Assembly (NCBI GenBank): GCA_900088475.1
Contig: FLMG01002942.1
Location: 1-64,000 of the forward strand
Direction: 5' to 3'
From: Hyphochytrium catenoides
Taxonomy: Eukaryota; Protista; Hyphochytriomycota
Length of the DNA stretch: 64,000 nt
The notes below the pieces were generated by a model that did no database searches, was not told the DNA's origin, and saw only the letters and a list, made by a program, of their open reading frames with translations. The position numbers and the translations under genes are program-made. Below are positions 37,310 through 50,384 of the stretch, in pieces. Positions within the stretch are counted from its first letter, which is position 1, and each line of letters begins with the position of its first letter.

Positions 37310-38269
37310 CTTCCTTAGCTCTTGATCTACTCGTTCCTATCTTCCCTCTCCCGCTGTTCCCGTTTGTCAGTGCCAATGATTCCTTAGATGGACCAGGAAA
37401 GAAAGACAGCAGCGGCGGGTTATCTGCTTGCTTCTCTCTCCTCTATATCCTTACCCTAACGTGTCGCCGCCGCGCAACAACAGACAATTGCCGCTGGCTG
37501 TCAACAACGTCTTACCATTCCCAGTCCAAAGGCCCTTGTGATGCTAAGCTGCTAACTGACGCCTCTTACCGACTTCTACTACTGCTCCAAGAGCTGCAGA
37601 GGAGCGATCATCTGTACGTCTTTCGTTCCCAAAGTCTCTTCCTCTTCCACCTCCTTCCTACCACTCTGTCTCACAATCACGTTCTTGCACACTATGCCTT
37701 CTTGACGGCTGTCCTCTCCGTCACATAGAACGACTCTCTTCCTCTCTTTGCCCTTCTTCTCTTCATATCCTCTCTGTCGCTCATTCCCTACTGTTGCCTC
37801 TCATCCCTTATGTACCCTCCAGCACACAATCGAGTGCCGCCTGACCCAAATGAGTGGTGAGGCATATGCTGGAGCGGTAAAATCTAGAAGTTAAAAACCG
37901 GTAAACTGTCATGCGCCTCAATTTCTTCTCTCTTCTTCTTTCTAGGAAAACAGACGAGGATCCTCTCTTGACAACATTGTTCTTCTCAGGAAGGAAAAAG
38001 AAGCTAGAAAGGAAGAGGAAAAGGCTTGAAGAGTAGAGGGGAAAAGGAGAGAGGAGAAGAGAGAAATCTTAGCATAGGAAGAAGAGGTATGAAGGATCTT
38101 TTAGGAGGAGGACAGGAGGAAAAAAGAGGGAGAGACATAGAGGAGAGAGAAGAAGATGCGTCAGGAATGTAAAGATGGAGGGTCCCGTGCTAGAGAACAG
38201 GACAAGTGAGGGTGTGATAGGGTTGACACATCAACTTACTCATAAGATAAGACGACACAGAAGGAAAGC

Positions 38270-38284
38270 GAGACAGAGAAGATA

Positions 38285-38315
<31 letters not shown>

Positions 38316-38335
38316 ACAAGAGAGAGAGAGAGAGT
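38270..38335. repeat. (GA)n microsatellite
   Basis: Directly visible. Confidence 0.9.
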
Positions 38336-41300
38336 CCAGTGCTACGCTGCTGGACGCTCAGAAGGAAGTGAGACAAAGAAGCCCCTCTTTGGCGACGCAT
38401 GGCTGCCCCACACTGCTCTCTTTAGCTCCCTTTGGAGAGGAGAAAAGAGAACAGAGCCGAGTAGTCAAGAAGAAGAACGGGGCAGTCGAAAAGGAGAGCA
38501 GCAGCTAACAGCAGCAGGGCGCAAGAGAGGGGCTAATGTAACGAGAGTGGTGGTGCAGACTCAGAGCAAGAAGGACCAAAAGAGAGGCAGATGTCGACTC
38601 TCAAGCTGGTTTGGCTTTCTTGTCCGTCAAAGAGAGTGGCACAGCCAAACAGTGACCGCACTCTCCTCAAGACAATCAGCACTTCCCTTTTGCCTTGCAT
38701 GTGCTTTGGCCATCCGCTCCTCTTTCGGTCACATGTTCATGTTTCCATGTGTCCTGATCTGTCCCTAGGTCTTCTCTCTCTCCCCCCTCTCTCTCCTTTC
38801 TCCCACTCTGTTCTTTGTCCTTCCTTCACAAAAAGCACCAGCCGGGCCCTTCCTTCTCCATCAGCAATGATACGTTTGAGGCGGAGAGTTTTTACGCGGA
38901 CGGTAGGACGAAGAGAAGTCAAGCGGAAGAGTGACGAGGTACGGGGGAACCCAAAGATGGACGTCTCTCTCTTCTTTCCACGCGGGCGTCTCTCTATCTC
39001 ATCTCTCTCTCTACGGGTCAATTCCGTCTTTCAACAATCATCTTCTTCCTCTCCAGGCCTCGCCTAGCTTCCTTCTGCGCACCCAGCTGCTCTTCTATCT
39101 CTCTCCTTTGTGGAACCAACAGTGCCCATTGCGGGACGCTATAGTTTTTGGATGTTACGAGGGTATGCCCAGCCCCGTTCTTTCTCTTAGTAAAAATATT
39201 AGTAGAGCACTGTGACCGCTGTCATATAAGGAGAGGACAAAGCTGAGGGAGCCATAATAAGGAAAAGAAGACTGACGACCATCGCCGTCTGTCTTCATGA
39301 TCTCTAGGAGGGAGAACGAGGGACGGTACAGCGCCGTCGCTGGTGGATCAACAACTACCGATGACCAACAACGCCTCTTAGTCCTTCAACTGTTGCTCGT
39401 CTCCATCGCTGGTCAAGTGCTGTTGCCAAAGAAGAAGCGATAAGCAGCAGGGTAAAGCAAAGCTCACATTACCATCCAGTCGTTGAAGGGAATAAGTAAA
39501 GCACCACTACTTCTATCCAGCTCGTCGTTCTGCAGCTTATTGCTTCTCACGGCTTCTGGCTCTATTTGCCTATGTATTTGCTGCTCTACGGCATCCCTGC
39601 GGCTGCTGCCTAAGAGTTGTGGAAGGCGGAGGACAACACTAACGATGAGTGGTTATCTACATCGAACTGCTGGAGAGAGCAATGATCACGCAAAGAAAGT
39701 AGGCAAATAGGTGCGATGGCTTAGACTGGAGCTCCAAGGAAATGTTTTCTTCCTCCGTGGTTTGGTCGCTCACTGCGGCACCTTCTTCTGCTCTTCAAGA
39801 GGAGTCAGCAGTTTGTTCCTTCTGTCATCATCAAGAGGAGTAGATCTATGGAAGGAGTAACCTGCCGTCTGCCAGTAGTGTTGGAAGTATATGATGGATT
39901 AGCAATAGCAAGAAGTAGCAAACTAACTGTTCAGGCACTGAGAGTAATGTTTTCCTTCCAATAAATGGACAATCAAGAGATTGAGATGGAGATCAAGGAG
40001 CACAGTGTGACGATGATAGACGCATGCATCTTCTGCACAAAAGCTGCTCCTCTAGCACACGAGAAACTCTTAGCAGCAAGGACCGGATTAGGAGTTACTC
40101 TCAGCAGACAGCTCAGTGGAATATGTTCTTACTATTGATGACTTGACAAGCCGTTTTCTCCGTTTACGGCTGCCTGTTCATCATGTAGCTCATCACCACT
40201 CTTAGAGAAGACGGCTTCCAAGATGCTATCGACCAGAGAAATCCAGGCTACGTTGTTGGTCAAAAGCAAGGGCCGAAGAATGGTGGTGACGAGAGAGAAT
40301 GACCATGGAGGCTGCCTCCCTCTACCTTTCACCAGGTGTCGTGAAGATTGAGGAGTGAACATGCTGCAGACCAATGGGCGTTTGCTGATGAATAATTGCT
40401 AGCACCTTTTAAGTTTATAGAGTTTCTTGTTTTATAATAGGGAAGAATGAATAACATTATCTCCTGGCGACAATAGTCGTGACACGACGGAGATGAGACT
40501 GAAGAGGAGCTCTTCTTCTATCTGAATGAAGGAACCTCGTTTGGCCACCTCGACCCAGATGCGTCATCATCTCGTTCTCAAGGAAGCCAGACTGATGATA
40601 ACAGTAGATGGTCGATCAGCGTGACCCAGTAGCGATGGAGATCTTCAAAAAAGGAAGACTTTCCGACAAGGAGAATGCAGATAGGGATATATAGGACAGC
40701 GAGATATACGGATAGAGAAGATAGGGCCAACTATAAAGGACCGCAGTTGAAGCGAAGATGAGGGAAGGAAGAAGACAGATATAGTGAGCAAGCTCAGAGG
40801 GAGGAGATGACGACCATAGGAGGAGCGCCTAGCTACAGAGAGAGGGAGATAAAGCATCATAAGCACAATCATCACCAGAGCCCTAAGATTATAGGAAGTG
40901 GAGAGACTAGCGCAGAAGAAGGCGAGAAGAAAGAGTGGCCAGAAAGAGCCGGACAGCAGGCTCCCTGCATAACGTTCTCTTTACGACCTCGCACTTCTCA
41001 GCAGCAGAGGACGGTGTCGTGGTGGGACCCAAGATGGCTTACTGGCCACCAGAGCGCCATGATGCTGAAATGTGCGGCCGGCCCCGCTCCAGAAGAGTGA
41101 AGAGGTCATGAACAAGCTATGCACTCAGTGCTTTCTAAAGGTGCTGGTTCAAATCACGTCCCGAGAGCATGGGCTGCTGCAGCTGCAGCTCCAGAGAAAG
41201 TGGAATCAGAACATTCTGGCAGTAGCATCATGTTATTACTGATGTCATGAGAGGGAACTGGATAGTTGCTGGAGTGCTTATGTCCACTCCGGCCATCGCA

Positions 41301-42479
41301 AAGCACTATTGATCGCTCAAGAAGGATGTGTGACGTTCAGCTCCATCGACGCGCCTCTCCTACGCTCAGTGCTCCTCTGGCTCACAATCATTCACGGGTA
41401 TGACGGCCGTCACATTCTTGGAAGCTCCTCAACACTCTTGCACTGTGTGCCAGCGCCTCTGCAGCAGCGGCCGTCAACCAGCGCAGCAGCTCTAACAAAA
41501 TAAGGAGTCTAGCACGAGGGGCATTCCCCTAAAGGGCATTAGGTGACGCAGTTGAGAGAGGGACCATGACCAGACCAAAGTGGCGCAGTCAGCACAGGAT
41601 CTCTTAGGGTGGCCGCCATCAGCATAGCTAGAGTAGTAGCGTTCCGTCCTCCTCCCACGTTCTGCCAGTTCTCAACCTCTTATTAGCTCCACTTGCTCCC
41701 CTTCTTTGCCCACTGCCTCTCCCCTCTTCTACTAGCCTCCAGGGCCCCTATCCTTCCTCCTCTCCTTGTAACTTCTGCTTACCGCTCCAGCACCATCATC
41801 CACAAAAATAATGGCGGCCTCATACCTGCAAGGCGGATAGTAGGCCGGCAGCAAGAAGCTAGCCTTCTTAGATCCCTGGATATCAGCATCAGCATTGAGG
41901 AACAGAGTAATAAGCGATGTTTTCGGACCCGCGTTTGCGCTCCTTTTCCAGCAGTCAGGACTCCCCTATCTTGTGCTTGATGGTCTCCTATCTGCCTAGC
42001 CGTCCTCCTCTTCTTCCTCTCCTATTACTCCAGCGGTACTAGTGCTAAGTAGCACTGCCCCTCAAACCCACCATCATGCCCAACCTCTCTTCTAACAATA
42101 TTACATGGATGCTAGCTGCTAAGATCTTCTCATCACCATGATCTTCTTCTCCACTATTTATCAGCAGCCTCCTGCAGCACTCCTTCCTCCTCCTCCTTTT
42201 CTCCTTGCTGTCTTGGCCATAAGTAGTAGCAGGCTTGTTCTTCTAACGCCTCGTGATGATGTTGTTATGGACCTACTAGTTCTACTCCGGCCTGTCCTCA
42301 CCCCATCACCACCTAGTAAGTAGAGGATGCTGCTGTGTGCCGGCATTAGCATCAGCGCCAGAGAAGAAGGACAAAGTGACGGAGGCGCCCTGGCTGACCA
42401 CTCCGCAGCTCTTCGGTCATCAAGTTCCGTAGTGGTGTCAGGTCCGTCAGATGAGGGGAAACTGAGAGGGGGCACAATG

Positions 42480-42644
42480 TTTCACTGCGAAAGATTCCGT
42501 AGGTTTCCCTAATTTTCTTGCAAAAGTTTATTTAATTTTGTAACTTTCAGAGGAAACTTACAAAATGATCGGGCTGTATCTTTTTGGGAAGATTTTTCAT
42601 CTGCCATCAGAGCAAAAAATCTTTCCCGCAACTTCTTTCACTGC
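42480..42644. mobile_element. 147-bp AT-rich MITE-like insertion (42489-42635) with 9-bp TSD
   Basis: tttcactgc at 42480-42488 and 42636-42644; both ends start GAA; internal 14-bp stem at 42535-42566 and a second stem gggaagattttt/aaaaatctttccc. Confidence 0.65.
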
Positions 42645-44806
42645 CGCCGCCGCCTCCTGGGGCCTAGGGCTCTCGTCTTCAGATGACGACAGGAATCGCT
42701 TACTTAGTGTCTCCTCAGGCGGGAGCACTGATCTTGATAGCGGGCCCCGATAGCTTAATGAGGGCACCGTCTAGCCGTCCTATTGTGACCGCACGCAGCG
42801 GCAGCACCACTGACCGCAGCGGCACCACCATCATGCTGTCCCAACTCTAGTTTGGACCTGTAAGCTCGCTCCGTACCTGCGGATCTTGAGCTCGCTGCTG
42901 CTGCGCCTGACAGCAGTTTCGCAGAGAGCAACCAAACAATGGATTTATTGACTGTTGTTGTCAAGCAGCACGAGACAAACGAGGCAACAAGGATGATGAT
43001 GGACCCTGGTGCATCGAAGCACCATGCTTCCTCGCTGCTACCGGGTTTTCCTTCTGCTTCCCAGAGGGCCCTGTCACAGTGCTGTGAGCTTCGAACCTGA
43101 CATCCAAGCATAGGTCCAACGCGTGCAGGCCACAGATGAGAGAGGGCACGGTTCTGATCAACAAGATGAAGGAAAAGGGACGGCCAAATATATTTGCTGA
43201 GGAGGCTCAGCGCGACGTCATAAGCGGCAGAAGTATCCAAACCTTAGATTATGCATCCTTTTTTTGCCTGAACTGACCACCGTCGGCCATACTTGGAACA
43301 GGAGTTCCCTCCTGGATCATTGCCCTTTCTAGTTGCTACATGTCCAGTCACATTGAGCTCTTTGGTTTATCATCGTCCCATTCTTTTATTCTGCGGTTGG
43401 GCTGACATAATCTCTTTCTCCTTAGCCCATGAGCTACCATGCCCTTCTTTTCTTGGAGCAAATGTGTACAGTTCCTTCCAAAAAGTTCACTAGCTCCTAG
43501 CTGCCGATGCGGTCACCGTTGTCTAGAGCCATCAATCCCCTCACAAGAATCAAGGGCTCGCATACTTTGGCCCTGACTCCCTTCAGCGAACGGCACAAGT
43601 GACTCTCGTCAGTGTCGCGTCACATTGATAGCTGAGTAGGTAGAATGGCAAAGGCCAAACTGCTAAGCCGTTCGTTCGCTTATTCAGTGATACAAGGGGT
43701 CCCGGTCATCTATTTTATGTTCCTATATATCAATATCAAGATGCTCTTTCTCCGTTGATGCAGATGATGCCTGCTAGTACGCTTGCACACAAGAAGAACT
43801 AGCTCACCGTTTATCATGCCCGAATGCCAAGTGAAAAGCCCAACAATGTCAGGCGAAAAACCTCCTTCTGAGTGAGGACTAAACATCTGCTTATGACTTA
43901 GAGAGTCGCAAATGACATATTGCCTGCTTCTCATCATGACTAGAGGACTATTAGTTCTTTCCTTGCGTTGGCAGTGCCTTGAGAGATTAAGCTCTACTGG
44001 GTCTTCGTATATCACGTTTGAACCACGGAAGTACCTTCTACTACGCTACGTACCGTACTGCCTGCCACTTACCGACACTCCCGATAGCGTTGTACTGAAG
44101 ATAAGCAGAGGGACTGTCCGAACTCTTTCCACAAACTTCCTTATCTCAAGAAAGGTGTCAGGCAGAGTGCAGCGCGTGTAGCAAGCCACATAGTTAGGCT
44201 AGAAAGGAAGTCGCCGTAGATCGCCCGTTGGCACTGCCAGCCACTGTAGCGCAGCAGCTAGACCACCTCTAATGACAGCTGGTCTCCACGTAATATGTCT
44301 CGTCCTTCAATCAGCGCATGCTACCCAGTGGTTGCTGCTTGTCCTTCAAAGCTTGGTAATGGACCCATCCAGCTACAGCTACTACCCTGTCTTCATTGCA
44401 TTCTCACAAAGCTGCATCTTTCTCTAGCAATAGTAATCCCGAAGAAGAAGCCTCTAGGGTTCTTGATTGACGGAGCAGCGTCCTAATAGAGAAGAAAGGG
44501 ACTGCGCATGGAGGAGGAGCCCCAAAGGACAGGAGACACGTTATTAGGGGATACCACTTTGTTGGAGGGCAATCGCTGTCATGGCAAAAAGTGTGGGTCA
44601 ATTCTAGTTTATTGCTGATCCTTCCCTACCAGGCGGGCCATAAGAAGAGAGCCTATCATTGTGATAAAGCCTCCATCCATCACCACCTTCAAGCGCCCAC
44701 CAGCACGAGGAGGGGTGGAAGAAGAGTCTTATGCGCCTATCCTACGTTATTCTAAGCTGCTTAATCAAGAGCAGGAAGTGCCGTCAGTGTACTTGGAAGC
44801 AGCATT

Positions 44807-45664
44807 CTAATCCGTGGGTAACGGCAGCAGTAGGAGCTCTAATAGCGAAGCCTGTGGCTTCTCTACGGCTTGTTGGCTAGTGCAGAGGGTGCCGCCAAAA
44901 GCGTATAACGTAGTCGGTAATGAAACGGCGCTGTTTGCCGAGCTCCTTCCTCGGTGGTGGTCAGGTTCCATGTCCTTGTCTCGTTGCCATGGCAGACAGC
45001 TTTTCACGGTTTGCTTGACGACGCTGGCGGCATCCAAATCTACGGCTTCTCCAACTAGGGCGGCGGGAGGATGATCAATTGGCGAAACCACAAGCGCTGC
45101 TGCTTCACTATCCAGGCGGCGACTAGAAAGTTGGGGCGCTTTTTCCGTCGCAGCAAATCCTAGCATATTACTCTGTTGTCGTTCGTCCTCTGCCGTCAGC
45201 GGCAGGAAGAATTCGTCCCCTGCTGCACACCCTAATGAACTTTCATAGAGGGAAGAAGAAGAAGAGGAAGGCGAGCAGCAAATAACCTGTTCCTCTGATG
45301 GCTCCGCAGCTGCAAACTGGGCGGCGCAGCCACCGCTTCTCCATTTGCTCCCCCTGGAAAGTAAATCTTGACTCAAGTCGTGGTAGTGGTGGTGGTAGTT
45401 GACTTTGTTGCTTAACAGCCAAGCCTTACTCTGCAGAGAGGCAATGACTTGGGCCATTTCCTGAAGCATTTCAGAGGTCTTGAGGAGGACCGCCAACTGG
45501 CTCCGCTGGTCCCCGTAGCCCATCTCCGCAACTCGAGAACGTAAAATGTCGAAGGCATGGGCAATGCTTCTCATCACTCGCCTCTTCTCCCGTGTGTTAT
45601 GGGCGGTCCGCTTCCTCTGAATATAGTCTGCATCTTGGGGATCCACTGTTCTTTTCCTTGGCAT
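44807..45664 (-). CDS. bHLH transcription factor, subfamily B2, 285 aa from ATG 45664
   Basis: MPRKR..HNTREKRRVMRSIAHAFDILR..GYGDQRSQLAVLLKTSEML. Confidence 0.87.
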   Translation of the reverse strand: MPRKRTVDPQDADYIQRKRTAHNTREKRRVMRSIAHAFDILRSRVAEMGYGDQRSQLAVLLKTSEMLQEMAQVIASLQSKAWLLSNKVNYHHHYHDLSQDLLSRGSKWRSGGCAAQFAAAEPSEEQVICCSPSSSSSSLYESSLGCAAGDEFFLPLTAEDERQQSNMLGFAATEKAPQLSSRRLDSEAAALVVSPIDHPPAALVGEAVDLDAASVVKQTVKSCLPWQRDKDMEPDHHRGRSSANSAVSLPTTLYAFGGTLCTSQQAVEKPQASLLELLLLPLPTD

Positions 45665-47695
45665 GTTCCACAACAGCAAATAACAGAAAAAGGAGAGCTA
45701 GTCGAGCACCGCCACGCACCGCGGACTCTACTTCTACAGCATAATGCGGGAGAAAAGCACCGGAACAACAGCTATGAGAGTAGTTAAGATAGCTCTGAGG
45801 AGCACGATGGAAGACTGTGAGCTTCTCAACAACAACTAACCCTAAGGATCCCACGTTCGCTGATCTAAACCTATTGCTGACTGCGGTGAAAACTGTCAAG
45901 ATCTTTTGCATCGCATCTGGTTATTGCTTTATGACAAAAAGGCAGGATGAGAAGTCTCCATTTCTGTGACTATTCCTTCATCAGTATAACTAGGACTTTC
46001 TCTTTTGAAAGGGAACCGAAAGCGAAGCCGTCAGCAGAGAATCCGCGACAAAGTAGTTAGTTCTCCATTCTCCTTGCTGCTGGCTAGTAGCAGCCTCTCC
46101 TCTGGGCATGGCGCTGTGCTATTCGAAGTATTTGGGGAAGAAGAGAAAGATAAAAAGTAGTGTCAATACCAAAGGTCAAAATAGAAGAGAGCACGGCCCC
46201 TAGGCTCCTCGCTCCTCTTGGCTTCTCATCTTCTTCTGCAGGCCCACTAGCAACGGTCATAGAGTAAAGGCTGCCCTCATAAAGATTCCTGCTACCGTGC
46301 GACAACAAGCGACCGGTAAAGGCGAAGAAAGGCAACCCGCCATGATGAGGCAACGCTTTCAGCTGTAGGATGAAGGATCCACATAATCGTAACAGTGAGC
46401 GCGTACAAGTGGTGGAGGCTGTGCTTTTGCGGTTGATGAGGCCAGTAGTGCTAAAGGAGGGGCGCTGATGATGAGAGAGTTCGATTGCGAAGCTACTACC
46501 ACTCTGTGTCTCCTTACTTTCGCCACCACGGAGTAAGAAAGAACCTGCTATGGCGACTTGCTGGCAGGTACTGCTGAGCGAGATCGTGTGGCTCATTGTT
46601 ATTAACAGGGACAAGTGGTCAACGAGTGGCATTCCCCCCGCCCACAGTCACCTGCGAGATCACTGCCAGTAAGAAAGGGGAAAGCGAGGGCAGAAGCATG
46701 GAGAAGCTAATGATGGGTGACCAAAAGCTAGATGCTCACTTGTCAGACCCTTCTCAATCATGGCTCAAAGCTCTAACTCAGCTTGGTCAAATAAAGCAAT
46801 GTGTCAGGCACGGTGCCTCTTCCTTGCAGGTATATTGGTTGTCTGACAGCAATAAGCCAAGAACCTGCTAGGAATGTCTTTTCTACTCTTCTAATCCTTG
46901 CATGATGCCTTTTGTTGTCTCTTCCTCCTCCTGGGAAGAAGGAAACTCCTCCTTCCTCCTTTTCAACTTCTGTCACCATCAACAAAGCTGCATAATAAGA
47001 AGAGAGGAACTGCAGGAGGTATGACGGGGGAATCATTGGACAATCGATGAAGGCCAAGTTAAGAGGAAGAACCAGGGCAAGGAAAGAGCGATCAGATCAT
47101 CAGTCCATCTCTTGTCGAACAATGGCTCCTTCAGGCCCAAGACTCATAATAACTGCACTGTTATTATCTTAGGGCTGCGTCTGTGTGGATGACTGTCCGT
47201 AACACAGAGGACCAGAAACCGCCCCTTTGGAACTTTATTGACATAGAAAAGGGTCACTCTTTGGAGAACCAACTTCGCCCACCCATCCTAGTGACCCCCG
47301 TCCTCCGGCAGCATGAATTGGATTTTATCATCCACCCGCACGCCTACGAGCCCTGTGGACAAGCGAGCTATATCTGCCTACCCCATGCTAATCCCATTAC
47401 GCAGTACTGGGCGTGGAGAGCATAGATATAAAATGAGCCTGACAAACAAGAAAAGCCCTTAGTTGTCGCAATAAAGTCTGAGTACATTATAACCAGTAAA
47501 CCACAGCTTATTATACGATCCACGTAAAAGTTATCACTTGCTTTAGGTATTGTATCCTCCTCTTCTTGTCGCATCCCGTGCCCATCTAAGCATAGAATGG
47601 GCCGCTCTCTTCGACTGCTGCAGCTGCAGGAAGGCCACTTAACGTCGGCAATTCTTTTTTCCTTAGATTGTCGGTATCCATTGACTGGAAAATGC

Positions 47696-47787
47696 CAGCC
47701 ATGTTATTAGTAAGGACGACACCTCATGGCGCCCCATAGTATGCTATGGGGATAATAGGTCATGAGTTTTCATACTAATAATAACTG
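47696..47787. repeat. Imperfect ~92-bp foldback (MITE-like or hairpin RNA)
   Basis: Nested pairs ttattagta/tactaataa, ctcatg/catgag and ccccatag/ctatgggg. Confidence 0.7.
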
Positions 47788-49742
47788 CAGCTTGCTCCTC
47801 TAAAGGGAAGGAATTGGAGCAACAGTCTAGGGCCTGCTATTATTATAGAACTAATAGTAGGCGCTGTCAAGTCATCAGTCGTGAAAAAAAACAGAAAGTG
47901 GAGCAGAAGCAGTGACTGCGGGAACCTTGGTGTCCCATTTTGCATCATCATTCTTCCCTCTTCTCTTTGCTGTCATCACTTCTACTGAGTCCACCCACCG
48001 TGAGTCCAAAGGCGGCCACAGCCACCGCAGTCCAAAAAGTGAGAACAGAGTCGGTTGAATGGAGGATCCTCAGCCTGACGCTCCTTTCTTGTCGGCTGGA
48101 GCCGCGCCGAACTGGTTCTCATGGCTGTCCCACCACGTCATCCTTACTCCTTGTGTTCTTATCACAAGAGAGAAAACTTCACGACGGATCTTTTACTGTT
48201 GGTGAGACAGACGTTTGTAAGAACCATCGAATCTTCTTGGTAAGCACACGCCTTCCGCCCTTAGCTACCTGGTTGGCTTAAAGGCCGGGCATCCTTGCCT
48301 CATAATAGCAACGCCTTCATTATTATTACTTCACGTCTTCAGTAGTTAAAGAAACGATACAAAAAACTTCTGCTCTCGGCCCCAATCCGTGCTTTGACAT
48401 AGTACCAGGACACCTCGGAGGGTGGTCCACAGAGCCAGCTATCATAAAGTAGTGTTATGGCTTATTATAATTGATGAAACGCGGAGGGTGGAGGTTAGCT
48501 TTTATCTGCAGTGATCCGTTCGCATCATCCTACTTTATATAAAGCGTTGACTACTGGTGATAGACCTCCTTGCCACCACCTGCCAAAGCTTCGCCTTTTT
48601 TCCTAACTTATGGCTGCAGAGCAAAGCTGTCGCACTTTCTTCTCTACTACCATGCCAGCCAGCAGCACCTACTACTACGACGGCACCGCATCATCATCGG
48701 ATTCCACATACGGACATTCAACAAAGAAGCTATCATCAATCCTATCGCTAGAAGAGTAGTGATGTCTCCTGATGACTGCCACACCACCACCTCGTCCAGT
48801 TGGTTCTGCAGATGTGAAGTATGATGCACTGGTGTTATGCAACGACATGAGAGGCCTATCATAATAAACACGACCTTTCAGCAATAATAATCCTTGCACG
48901 TAGAAAGCATTTTTCATCTCCTTTTCTTGGCATAGGCGGGGCCTTTCTTCCTACGCTGCTGCCTCCCTGTTGGTCGTGCATGTACCCTAGGCGTAGACGC
49001 TCCATACATGTACCATACATCCGTATAGTATGGATGATGCTGGCCATCATTATCCTTCCGGACCTTGGCATTGCAGAGGACGTAGGCTGTTATCAGACCG
49101 AGACTCTTACCACGTGCTCCATTTGCTGACAGCAGGAGGAGAAGGCCGGCGGTAGACTGTGGGACGACTTATTTGGGGCTCATACAGCATGTCCAACACT
49201 TCGAGGCTCGCACAGCGTGTAAGAGGTATCAAACTTATTACCTTTTAGACGTGACATGATCTTCCGTATCATAGGACCATGCAGGCATTTCCCCTCATCA
49301 TGATCTTCACGTTACGCTTCTTCTCGGTCGACACCCAAGTCACACCTCTAGTAATGAGGTGCGATGCAGAAAAAGTTCTACGGATCAAGAGCGGCCTTTC
49401 TGGAGGTGGACTAGTCTCATGATGCCTTCTGCTATCACATCAGAACCGTAGGCGCGTAACCAGCTAGGATCTTGCTTGCTCTCTTCTATTGCCGCTTACA
49501 TCTCCGTGGCTGAGCCAGAAAGCTCCACTTGTCGGCTTGCTTCTTCTCTTTGTTATAGGGCAAGCTTGGCAGACAACGAGAAGTACCTAGCGACACAGTC
49601 AATATCTCCCGTGACTTGTCGCTTAATGGGTCTTATTATTATGGCGTTTTCCTCTGTCTTTCTGTCTTATTAGTGATACATGATCCTCATACGACTTTTA
49701 ATCCTGCCTTATTAGGAGGACCATAAGGTGCTCTCTTTGCTC

Positions 49743-50384
49743 TCAGAGAGGAAAGAAGTCCTCGGTCGTGTCGGAGCTAAGCTGTGGCAGGGTTCCATCA
49801 TCAACCCGTCCTGCGTCAGTCAATAGCGCAAGACAAGTCATCAACTGTGCATTTGATGACAATTGCTCCTCATCCTCTCCGTAGTATTCAACCTCTGCAC
49901 TAACGGCATCGCAGCTATTGCTACCGCCGTTGCTGCTGCTATCGTCCTCACCACTGCTCCCTGCTGCTTCTTCCTCTTGCTGGCTGCTTAGATGATGCCC
50001 GTACTGGCAACTCATCAAGGTCTCCTCGTACTGCTTGCTCAGGTTGTGCTCATACTGCTGCTCGTTGGTCATGTGATGCAAGGACTGCCAAGAGACTTCT
50101 CGGTGCGCTGCTGCCTCAGATGTGCCAATCGTAGTGGTGGTAGGGATGCTCTGCTGCAGTATTTCTATGGTGTGAGAGAGGTCCTGCACCATATGTACAG
50201 TTTGGGCTAAGACGGCAAGCTGGCTACGTTGATCTCCATAGCCCATCACAGACAACTGCTCTCGCAGAATAGCAAATGCTGCGGCAATTCCTCTGACACG
50301 GCGCTTTTCCCTGTCATTGTGCTTAGAGCGCTTCCTCTGGACGTACTCCGGATCCCCTCTATTCACACTGCGCTTTCGGGCCAT
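49743..50384 (-). CDS. bHLH transcription factor, subfamily B3, 213 aa from ATG 50384 (an in-frame upstream ATG exists at 50549)
   Basis: MARKR..HNDREKRRVRGIAAAFAILR..GYGDQRSQLAVLAQTVHMV; start chosen by alignment with the paralogs. Confidence 0.87.
   Translation of the reverse strand: MARKRSVNRGDPEYVQRKRSKHNDREKRRVRGIAAAFAILREQLSVMGYGDQRSQLAVLAQTVHMVQDLSHTIEILQQSIPTTTTIGTSEAAAHREVSWQSLHHMTNEQQYEHNLSKQYEETLMSCQYGHHLSSQQEEEAAGSSGEDDSSSNGGSNSCDAVSAEVEYYGEDEEQLSSNAQLMTCLALLTDAGRVDDGTLPQLSSDTTEDFFPL

Noticed and set aside
41140-41160. GGTTCAAATC B-box-like motif
   Set aside because: No A box or cloverleaf around it; no tRNA or SINE call supported.
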